Source: Eledone cirrhosa (taxonomy: Eukaryota). From it: 64,000 nt of DNA. Under the pieces are notes generated by a model. That model saw nothing but the letters and a program-made list of their open reading frames with translations. It had not been told where the DNA came from and did no database searches. Location of the stretch: contig OZ024741.1 of NCBI GenBank assembly GCA_964016885.1, positions 240,002,001-240,066,000 of the forward strand, read 5' to 3'. A program made the translations under genes and the position numbers. Position 1 is the first letter of the stretch, and the number at the start of each line of letters is the position of its first letter. This document shows positions 1 to 10,870 of the stretch, in pieces.

Positions 1-1551
1 TAAAGAAACTGTGAAGCTAGGCATGTTTGTTATAACCTTTGATGTATCTAATATATTTTCTATATATAAATGTTGTTTCTTTGTATTGACCAAATATACT
101 AACTATGAGCACTCTATGTATGTTTATGTCTTGTTTTACTTTAGTGTGTCTTCTACATTTCAGTGAAGGTTGTAAAGCCGTGTGGGTGGTTATGTTGCTA
201 ATTGTGATGTTTGGTTCTGATGTTCTGCAGTGTTGCTAATAAGAATGGAGAGTATGAGCTATATTCAGTATATTTGTTTAAAGCCAGGTTTCTAGTTCAG
301 TTGGGGTAGTTGTATAGCTCTGTGATGGGAATGGTAAATGCAACAATACCCATTTTGCATCTCCCAACAAGTCAAGTGTGAGATCAATGCAGAATATGAT
401 TTGCTACATGGGGAAAAGCACTAAGGAATTTATATGAGAAGGTTTTCTGGTCATGAAATGCACTGTGTAAATCAAATTTGTATTTGTAATGTTACAGATG
501 CACCTATTGGCTTTTATGTGAACCATTATTTTATCATGAATTTGAGAATTTTAACCCTTCATGGTTTTAATTACCTCACCACTAAATTGATTGGATACTT
601 TTTAGCAAAAGAACAGAATGTATGACGATGATAGTGTAAAGTTCCACTAAATTAAGACAATAAGAAGTTAGATTACCTACTGATTTGTATTCTGTCAAAA
701 GTATGGATGGCATCGAATAGACAAAACATCTCATCTCTCATTGAAAGTAAGTCTTTTGAAGAGATAAGTCTAACAAATGTTAAGAATATATCTTATCCAC
801 ATTGCTATTCTAATAATATAGTAGTTGTTATAATTTCTAGATTAAATTAGGTAATATTATGATGAAAGATTGTTGGGTTACAATAACACAGATGTTTATA
901 CTGTAGCTTAATGTCTACATAGTTTTGATTTTAATGGGTATTTTACTAACCCTAAATGATGTGTAAAATCATTAATAAAATATAACGCGTCTAATCTTAT
1001 ATATAAAAAAAAAATGTTCATTATACTGAATATTAACTGAGGATCCAATAATTCAAACCATGTCATTGTTAGGTCTTCATTTTTTAATCGTTTTTTTTTT
1101 TTTACTGGCTCAAATTTTCTTCATTCTGATTGAGTTTAGTCATCAATAATAACCCAACATTGAACTTCAGGAAAAGTAAACCAGTAAATAATGTTTTATT
1201 TTACATCATTACTAAAAATGCCTCAATATAATTATTAATTAGTAGTAGAGATGTCTTTATTTAACAGTGTTCATATAGCAGTTTTTAAAACACCTAATAT
1301 CAATAGTTTTAATAGTAACTTCCTTAGGATAAATTATCTATTTATTATTTCAATATACAATTTCACAATAATGATTATATTATAAAATTAAATGTTGCCA
1401 GATGCAAATAACATATATGAAATAGAATCATAAGTGAACATTGGGGTCTTTTTTTAAATTCTCCCACCGCACACTAATGTTTCTCCTTTTCTTTCAAGAT
1501 ATTTGTATGAATTAGCACACTTAACTTAAAAATACAAACGTGTACTCTCAA

Positions 1552-1772
1552 CCCTTTAGCATTTACATTACTCTATATTTACTATTATATTTTCGAGGAA
1601 AACACTTTATCTTACTCAATTATCTCACATGATATCGAATCTATGAGAATTTGATATTATTTATTTTGAGAACAATACCCTAACATCAGTATGAGTGGCT
1701 GGTTGCAGCCGGTTTGAACAGAAAGAAGTGAGAGAATTCTGGCCAGATATGGCTGGTTTAAATGCTAACGGT
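1552..1772. mobile_element. piggyBac-like MITE (second copy 31935-32130)
   Basis: Terminal inverted repeats CCCTTTAGCATTTA...TAAATGCTAAcGG next to (T)TAA; internal similarity between the two copies. Confidence 0.55.
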
Positions 1773-2996
1773 TTAAATCAGTCTATACTGATGTGGGCCT
1801 AATCATCATCAACAACAACAAAAATATAACATGTATTCTTCAATTAACACTAGATTAATCCCACCCAAATGAAAAGTGAAAGTAATTATATATGAAGTTG
1901 CATATTAAAGATTTTTTGGTGAAATTTACTTCAGATAAGATAGTTTTTTTTTTCAATATTCATACATTTGTGATTCCTTGGATATAGGAACATATCAAAT
2001 TATAAAAATTGATAACTTGAAGCAGTTAATGGATTCTTGGACTATTTAGAAATAAATAAATAATAATTAATTTGTAAATACTATATTAAAATATGGGAGG
2101 ACATACATGGTATTGGATATTATTGTTGTTGTTACAGCTCACACCAATATAGGTTTAGCTGGCCTCCACTGAGGTTGCATCTCATGGAGGTTTCATTCTC
2201 AAGTTTTTCATGAAAAAGTTGCTGCTGTCTCTTCAGCTAAGAAGAGTGGAGCAACATGAAATGAAGTATCTTATTCAAAGATACATACAATAAGTTGCCT
2301 GATCCAGAATTTGAACCCACAACCTAATGGTTGTGAGTCCAACACCCTAACTACAAGGCCATGTGCCTTCACACACTGGATATTGGTGGAGTTCTTATAC
2401 TGATGTTGCTTGAATATTTTTGGTTATACCTAGGATTCAAGATGCAGGAAAATTGTTATGAAAGAAAACCAGTAGGATAGAGCCAGATGACTTAAGTGCG
2501 AGAGGGAAGATAAATGTGAATATGCTTTAATAACATAGAAATATTGAAGAAACTATGTCAGTTTTAAAATAAAATAAATAAGTTAAAATAAACTAAATGG
2601 ACTGTGAAAAAGCAACTACCAAGGAAATATACTTTTACTGTAGTGGAAGCAAACACTTTTGAAAAATGTAATTATAAAATAAGCAAGCATATAAATAAAG
2701 AATGATGGTTTCTGACAGCTATGGCCTGTTGCATACATACAATGGAATTTGATAAGAATTAAGGATATATAGAGTGATAATAAATATAATTTAATCACAA
2801 TAGCAATGACACTAAATATATTCAAGAAATTCTGATTAGAATCCATTTAACTTATGAAAGGTAGCAAAATGTGTGGTCTCATCAATTTGAATACCCAGAA
2901 GAAATTACAGGCTTTCCTTAGTTTTGTATATTGTTTTTGTTGAATGAAGTTAGACATGAATATGATAAAATACCTAACTGAATCTAGAAATAAAAT

Positions 2997-3174
2997 AATT
3001 GTTTCTACTTTTGGCACAAGGCCAGCAATTACCCAGTGCATTACTGGTACTTTATTTTATCGACCCTGTAAGGATGAAAGGCAAAGTTAAAATCGGCGGG
3101 ATTTGAACTCAGAATGGCAAGGGCCGTAACTCTATGCGTCAAAGCATGGTGTCCAACCCTCTACCGGTACTGCC
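2997..3174 (-). mobile_element. tRNA-derived SINE, young family
   Basis: A-box-like GGCAGTACCGG, B box GAGTTCAAATCC, central GCCTTTCATCCTTAC(A/G)GGGTCGATAAAAT; absent from the duplicate site at ~25798; AATAAT target duplication. Confidence 0.85.
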
Positions 3175-4509
3175 AATAATTGGTGTAGAATCATAATAGA
3201 AATTAATTTCTATATATTTCTTTTCCCATAAAATTGGAACAATGATAGGAACACAGGCATAACAAAGAATATCACATGAAATATATATATAAGCCAGCAA
3301 AGTAAAAATCTGAGTAGGGAAGTGAGTAGGCAGAAACATTTAAGTGTCAGACAAAATATATTGTTAGGATTTATTTCAAGTCATTACATTCTGAGTTCAA
3401 ATCACACCAAGGTCAACTTTGCCTTTCATTCTTCTGGGGTTGATGAAATAAAGTTCCAGTCAAATACAGTTATGTTCTCTAACTAACATGGTTAGTTAGA
3501 GAACATAACTGTCACATCAATGCTATATCTATCTGTAACACACTATATTAGGGGCCAACACAACACACTTCCTATCAGTCATTCACTCAAATACAGACTC
3601 CCTCTAAAAAGCTACACTCCATTAAAAAATGATAATGAAAAAGGAAAACAGGAAAGCAAAATCTGAAGACATGTTATGAACCTAAATTTGTATATGTAGC
3701 ATATTTATTCTCTAAATATAACCTATAATGAAAATAATATTTTGTATTATAATGGTAAATCTTATAATGACTTCTTAAAATCGAATGATGGAAATAATAA
3801 AGATCAACATCTTGATTGAAGTGTCTTGAATAAATATTCCCATAAATTTTAGTTACTTTTATTGTAATTGCAAATAAATAAAAATGTTCAATCATGGAGG
3901 CAAAAGATGCATAAAACACATAGCTAAAAAATATACAACATAATTCACCAATTTCAAATGAAGCTGTACTTTTATAATACATGGCATCACTTCCTAATCA
4001 TCATTTGTCCATCATAAACATTACTTCATCATTGCTAACAATTTACTCACTATAATTACATTTAAACACAGAATATTTCTTTATATTCTATATGAAAAAT
4101 TTGCCTTACAACAAAAACAAACACACTCAAGAACAGAGCCTTATTTAGACTGCTTATATATATATATATATTAACGTATCTTGCATATAGCATCGACTAT
4201 ACAGACACAATAGCACATCTCATAGCAAAAACAAACAAATATACAATACAACATTACCTTATATAGACTGTTCTCTGTTACTGTTCAAATATTATATACT
4301 CATAATTTTGTTTATATGAAATAAGTCACAATATTAAACATTTTAACCAACATCAGCCAAATAATTGTGATATAAAACAATATGGACAACATTATTGAAA
4401 AAATGCCTGAATTATTGTTCAATCTCTTTGTTCACATGTTAATATTAAATATGTTAGAACAATATCTTACAGATTTACTGAGATTATAAAAGATTGAATA
4501 AAAACTTAC

Positions 4510-4940
4510 CTTTTTAATAATTATATCCTTGGTTATTCAGTGAGAATAGAAAGATGTATTGTTGAAGAAAGCTCCATTGTAAGTGCTGCTGTAATGGTGT
4601 GTGACAATGGCTGTATGTTGATGGAGTAGTGTAGCACGTCAGGCAGATAGTCTGCTGCTAGGATAGGGTTGTGTGTGTTATTGAAATTGTATGTTCGTGG
4701 CAGTACATCCCTCTAATAATGTTGTGTATGTATTTATCCTTAATTATGATGTTTGTTTACTGTTATCAATAACTATTTAGATATATTTAAATAGCTACAA
4801 TATTCTAGAGTTAAACATAACATGTTTGGTTTAATAACATCAGTAATGTGAATATTTCTCTTTGTTAATGATTTCTGTCTATGTTTTATTGAGAATCTGA
4901 TTGGTTGAATGACCTAAACAGAAGACCAATAACAATGTTC
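4510..4940 (-). promoter_or_regulatory. Conserved promoter + non-coding leader exon module for gene G0 (CDS left of window)
   Basis: Block repeated once per gene unit; ATTGG 4900-4904 and CCAAT 4926-4930; ends in AG|GTAAGT donor (4510/4509). Confidence 0.65.
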
Positions 4941-5348
4941 TTTTTAATTTTTTTTTTTTTTTTTTTTACTAAATGGGAAGAGGCTTCTTATTTAAAGTAA
5001 GGGTTGGATTTGTGTATTTATGCCTTTCCTTCTGAACATTATTAATAATTGTAACTAGATATATTCTAAAGTGTATTTCATATAAATTATAAAGCTTTTT
5101 TGATGCAATTTTCTCAAATAAAACCATCAAGTGCGGATGATATTTCTGTATTTAAATTTAAACTAACTTAATAATATTAAGGCAGAAAATATTTATTTAT
5201 TGGTAAAAATTCATGTCTGTAGAAAGAATGATGATTTATAGAAACACCCTATCTTATGAACACATTTCAGATAATAAAGAAGGTATATATTGATATGTGT
5301 GTTGAGCATATTCAAATAGAGAATGTTGTTTATGTCACTTCAATATAA

Positions 5349-5425
5349 TTATACATGTTTCACAGGTGTTTCTTCACTGGAATCTTTTGATGTAGATGTA
5401 TCATTGTTTTTATATATATTTTGAT
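5349..5425 (-). CDS. Pcdh: G1 protocadherin last coding exon, (D)QNIYKNNDTSTSKDSSEETPVKHV*
   Basis: 77-nt block conserved without indels in all 7 units, preceded by TAG acceptor; phase matches the G|GTTAAT donor of the previous exon. Confidence 0.75.
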
Positions 5426-5643
5426 CTAGAATTTATATAGAAAATAATATTTTAGAATATTATGAATGAGAGACATGTATACATTTAATTCATGACAATA
5501 TGCAATGGAAAATATGTGTTCAATTATAAATAAATCTTATAATTCTATGAATTATTAACAATATAATATATGATAGAAAGAGCTTTTAAAACAAATTTCA
5601 ATACGAGATATGAAAGTCAAATGTAACAAATGTAGGTATTAAC

Positions 5644-5809
5644 CTGATATTCCTGGTATTTCTTCATAATGTTTCATATCACCTTCATTCAATACACGTC
5701 TACTACTTCTCTTAGATGACATTGTATCTGATGTATAGTTACAAACTATAGGAGGATTATCTTCCACAGCATCATCACTTGATGTCACCACAACAGGTTG
5801 ACAATATTT
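5644..5809 (-). CDS. Pcdh: G1 protocadherin cytoplasmic exon, KYCQPVVV...HYEEIPGIS
   Basis: Pyrimidine tract + CAG acceptor at 5811/5810, in phase 0 with large exon; near-identical in 7 units. Confidence 0.85.
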
Positions 5810-5928
5810 CTGTTGACAAATAAACCAAGAGAAATGTGAGGAGACATCAAACAATCCTAGTTACAATAAACATGTAGTATACAATTTAATATTGGACTAT
5901 ATTATTGAAGATAAAACATTGTTAAAAT

Positions 5929-6106
5929 AATTGTTTCTACATTAGGCACAAGGCCAGCAATTACCCAGTGTATTACTGGTACTTTATTTTATCGACCCCG
6001 TAAGGATGAAAGGCAAAGTTTACCTTGGCGGGATTTGAACACAGAATGGCAAGGGCCGTAACTCTATGCGTCAAAGCATGGCGTCCAGCCCTCTACCGAT
6101 ACTGCC
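5929..6106 (-). mobile_element. tRNA-derived SINE in the short G1 intron
   Basis: Same family as 2997-3174; absent from the paralogous introns of G2-G7. Confidence 0.85.
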
Positions 6107-6166
6107 AATCCACATATCTTTTACATTTAAAGTGAAGATAGAAAATATTTTAATCTTTTCACTTAC

Positions 6167-8542
6167 TGGGGTAGGTTTTGGTAAAGTTCTTGACTGAACT
6201 GAAGCTTCATATTTATTCTGTAGCTGACCTTCTGAATAACATTCACTCTTTGATCTCTCAGAATATATATTTCTTTTTATCATCTCTTCTGTATTCCTTG
6301 ACATAGCAACAGGATTGTTAGACTGATACAACAATTGTTTCATCTCTGTTCTACCTTGGTATGCTGTAGTCTTTGTTGTAGTAGCTGTGTTATCTCTGTG
6401 TTTAATACATTTCATTATACACAGTGTTATAGAAACAACAATAGCCACTGATACTATTACTGCTGATGATACAATGATAATAACCCATGTCATATGGACT
6501 CTACCTGAAGATTGTATAGGTACACTTTTCAACATTGGTGATGTCTCATTACTAACAGCCAATACCAAAGTCACACTAGTTGTTGATGACTGAACTGGAC
6601 TACCACTGTCTTTTACAACAAACTTTAGTTCATAACTTCCAGCATCATTTAGATAAACTTGTCTGGAGAATGATAAAGCACCACTGTGTGAGTTCATAGT
6701 AAACAACTGTTTATTATTTCCTTGTATGATTCCATATATGAGGAAAGCATTGTTTCCACTGTCACTATCAGATGCTCTCAAAACTGTGATGTCACTCTTA
6801 CTCTGGGGATGGTAGTGGACATTTAGGGTATAAGGGTTAACACTAGGAAAGGTGAAATATGGAACATTGTCATTTTGATCTAAAATCTCAACAACAACAT
6901 TGGCTGTGTCATTCAGAGATGGATTTCCATTATCTATGACAAAAACTTCAAATTTATACACATCTTGTTTCTCTCTGTCTAATGACATGGTGGCTGAAAT
7001 AAAGCCATAACTGGTGATCAGAAATGGTAGATTTGATTTTTCTTTATGTAGCAGAGAATATGTGAGTTGTCCAGCAGATCCAAGGTCAGGGTCAGTGGCA
7101 TTGACAAAACCAATAGGGAAGTCTTTATCTTTGTTTTCATAGGTCAGGAATTGGAATGTATCTTTGGTAAACTGTGGTTGTACATCATTAATATCAGTCA
7201 CTTGGATAGAGAGAGTTTTAACACTTTTAAGAGGTGGTAATCCTTTATCTTGACAGGAGACAGGAATGTTATAGTGTCCTTGTGTTTCTCTGTCTACTGG
7301 TTTATTTAGAACTATTTTATATTCTTTAGATCCCATTGACTGTAGTTTGAATGTATTATGTTTGATATCACAGCTGATCTCTCCATTTTGTCCAACATCA
7401 TTGTCAGTGACCATCACATAAGCAATGAAACTACCAACTTTGATCTTCTCAGAAATTGTTCCTGAGTTATAATTAAGAGCAGAAACATAATCTATATCAA
7501 TAGATGGCGGGTTGTTGTGTTGGTTGACAATATTTACCAGAACTGTTCCTATGGAACTGAAGGGAGGGTTACCCCCATCTCTGGCTTCTATAAATAGTTC
7601 ATAGGTTTTCCTTTTTCCTAAACTTGAATATTTACTTAAGAAAATGTTTCCACTGGTTTCATTTAATTGGAAATATCTTTTTGTTAGGTCTGATGTCTTT
7701 GGACTGAAATGGAAACTAATTTTACCATTTTCACCAGAATCAGAATCTGTTACAGATAAAACAATGATAGGTTTAGATTTGTGATGTGTACTTTGTATGG
7801 ATATATTGTATAGAGGTTTAGAAAACACTGGTGGGTTGTCATTCACATCTATTATAGAGATATTTATATTTAAAATACCTTGTTTTGATGGTGAACCTCC
7901 ATCTTTAGCTATGACTTGTAGTAAATATGTATCTTTGATTTCTCTGTCTAATGAATCTTTTAAAATTATGTTAAGAGAAGAAATACCATCTGCTCTTTTA
8001 GAGACTGACAAAGAGAATGGACTTCTATTTTTTGTTTTTAGTTCATATTGTATTAATGAATTTTGAAAACCTACATCTTTGTCTATAGCATTTGGTAGCG
8101 ATCTTTTGGCACCTTTGCTAATATCTTCACCAAATTGTATGTTGACATTCTTTATAGGAAACTCTGGCTGATGGTCATTGATGTCTTCTATTACTATTTT
8201 GACTTTTATAATTTTTGTAAAAGTTTCCACTTTCTTTATAATAATTTTAACAGTTCTAGAACATTCTTTGTTGAAAGAACAGAGTTTCTCTGCATCCAGT
8301 GTCTGAGCAGTGTACAGTTTACCTGTTTCGGTGATATTAAATAACTGTGCCACCTTTCGTTTAAATTGACTAAATGTTATCAATTGTTGGTCAGATGGTT
8401 TAACATTGTCTAAAAGTTTAGAATCAGCAGCAATGTCTGCTACATATGTTCCTGGACTTCTCTCTTCTTCCACATGGTAGGTAAGGTCTATGGTCAGAAC
8501 ACAGTGGACCATTGATAATACAATAGACAATGACAGTAACAT
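6167..8542 (-). CDS. Pcdh: G1 protocadherin large exon: signal peptide, EC1-EC6, TM, juxtamembrane (792 codons)
   Basis: DxNDxxP, LDRE, AxDxGxP cadherin motifs, C-x5-C in EC1, TM WVIIIVSSAVIVSVAIVVSITLCIM; CCA|GTAAGT donor at 6167/6166; acceptor tttcag ends at 8599. Confidence 0.95.
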
Positions 8543-10169
8543 ATTGTTGGTGTTGCTTGGTACTGGTTAAAGATGGCCAGATATCTTGAGTATTGAACCT
8601 GAAACAAATATATCATTTCCTGAATTATAATTGTTGTACATTACCCATAGATTAATATAACATTTGGTATATCATTTTGTTTATAATTTTATTTGAGAAG
8701 GAAGTGCAGTGTATATAGCCTTCCCACTCATATGAGTCAGTGGTAGAGGTTATCAGATTAAGGTTAATATAGCTAGTATTCAGTGACTGATGATTAAGCA
8801 AATTTGGAATTGAATCCTAGTCATCTCTAGACAAATGCAATGATTTAAACATTAACTGATCTATGTAAAATGTTTTCCTGGGAGTAAGATATATTAGATT
8901 AATTAGAAATGAGAGAGAAGTTAATAAAATATACGTGTTTTGCTAGAGTTGGTGTAATGTCAAAATATTCAGAAGAGTAGAAATCATCTTCACGCTAACT
9001 TAATACACATAATAGGTATGAGTGAGGCTGGCTATGTTTGCTTTTATGATACAGTAACAGAATATATATGTTTAGATGGTGGAGAGAAGAGTGTCCTCCT
9101 CCTCCTCCTTCCCTTCATTTAACGTCTCTTTTCCCTGTTAGCAAGGGTTGGAGAAGTTGTCACAGACTGATTAGTACTTAAGCAGAGCAACAGGCCTCTT
9201 ACATTTTAGTGATTGTTCTGATGGGCTGGGATATTTTTAACTGTATAACAGTGGGACAAAATTGTGTCTAGTTTAGAGAAGTAAATATTGCAGATTGACA
9301 CATATTTCCAGAAAGTGCAATTTAATATTTAAAATGTAACCTTGTGTTACAGAAGGTGACAGTTTTTGGTCAGATGCTGTTCTCAATTAATGTGAGTTAA
9401 TGTTGTGTGAGCTAACACATATGTTGTGATCCAAAATATTACATGTAGCTAGCTTGACCATAAGGCTCTTAAACTTGACATGCTTCATGTCAAAGTTGAG
9501 AACATTCTTTTCACTTAAAGTTTCAAAGTAAAAGTAAGAACATCTTTGTAGTACATAAGAGCATAAGTTTTCAGTAAATTTGGCTTTGAAAATTCATAAT
9601 GGTTGATGTTATGTAATCCTGATTAACTCTGATCAAACAGGCCTATGCCGTGTATGTAGTTAGTTTAATATCTAGGAGTAATCTACATATCATGTACTGT
9701 AGATATTCTCTGCATCTACCTAAGTATCAAATTTAACACTCCCATAATTAGTTTTATTACATGGTGTACAAAGGAGGCAAATTGGCAGAATTGTTAGAAT
9801 GTTGGATAGAATGCTTTGGTCAATATATAAACTACCAGTCCAGTACTGGAGTTACTTCTTTCTCTATATCTCCTCTTCTCTGGAAGAAATCAGTTGAGTC
9901 GAGACCCAATGAGTGATAGGCTCCACCAGGTTTAATATGCCTACTACGACACTCCTGACACCACCAGGAGTTACATAAATATATGGCGCACAATATGAAT
10001 GTCTCTGCAGGTACAAATTTATCCATTTTATCTTGTTCATCTCTGCTTGAAAATTCAGATATTGACTGTATAAGTAGTCTGCAAGGCAGAATCAGTTGGA
10101 TGCACTAGTTATTTTCTTTTTGCTTTCATAAGTTAGTCAGAACAGAACTCATGAACTTTGCAGCTACTC

Positions 10170-10870
10170 CTCTAATGGTGAACTTAATGCAGTTAATGCT
10201 CATTTGCAGGTTTATGTCTGAAGTTATAACATAGATAGACAAGGTATTCTGGAAGGTTAGCAAAGAATCATTGAACAAAGAACTTATTGGACTGAGCAGG
10301 GTGGGACATACTGTAGACAATGAGAGGCAAGAGAAAATGGTATATCTTGTTGATTTGAGTGGAGAGTATATGCAGATTGCTAGTTGAGAGGAGCAAAGGC
10401 TCTTTTAATAGTGGTTGGAGAGACAATGTATCTGTCAGTTAGTGGCTTTGCAAATCAGCCGAATGATCTTATTTTGGACATGATGTTAAATATTTGTGTA
10501 TGTAGCAGCAAGACCATACCAGTACTCTAATGTGGGTCATACTTAAGCTTTTCACATGCCCAGCAACTAAACTAATAAAACTCAAGTATTTTCTAATCTT
10601 GATGAGGAAGCCTACAATTATGGAATGATATGGCTGCTATTTCCAACAGATTCAGTAATCACGTTGTTGTGTTGGTGTAAAAGATGCCTGGATGATTGGC
10701 AGTGTTTGTATACGTAATAGCATGAGCAATAAGGAATTGCTGGGTTGACTGAATAACTTTTGACATAGGACCAAAGGTTGAGCAATTTTAAAGACACTTG
10801 ATGATTTTGTGGGCAGATTAATAAATACCCTAAAATCTTTAGTGTAACAGTCATTTATAGAAACCTCATA
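10170..10870 (-). mobile_element. Degenerate CR1/Jockey-like LINE 3' fragment
   Basis: Decayed frames resembling AxVxPTLEY and NxLxxYVxxSDxNLQ motifs of LINE ORF2 C-termini. Confidence 0.4.

Larger units (their letters stand above)
1..5900. repeat. Segmental duplication, paralogous to ~24219-28680
   Basis: Position 1 aligns to 24219 with high identity; differs by a ~1.4-kb indel (1188-2608), a SINE and a short RTE tail. Confidence 0.9.

Noticed and set aside
5349-5363. C-terminal PDZ-binding motif VKHV
   Set aside because: Terminal Val present but Lys at -2 fits neither class I nor class II
5810-5854. Stand-alone 71-aa gene MFDVSSHFSW... (7 copies)
   Set aside because: Starts at TTG inside the polypyrimidine tract; it is an internal Pcdh exon
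6071-6166. G1-specific C-terminus ...MWIGSIGRGLDAML
   Set aside because: Read-through past the GTAAGT donor into a SINE
6387-6593. Recurrent plus-strand 60-90 aa ORFs within each Pcdh
   Set aside because: Antisense shadows of near-identical coding sequence, with non-ATG starts in many cases
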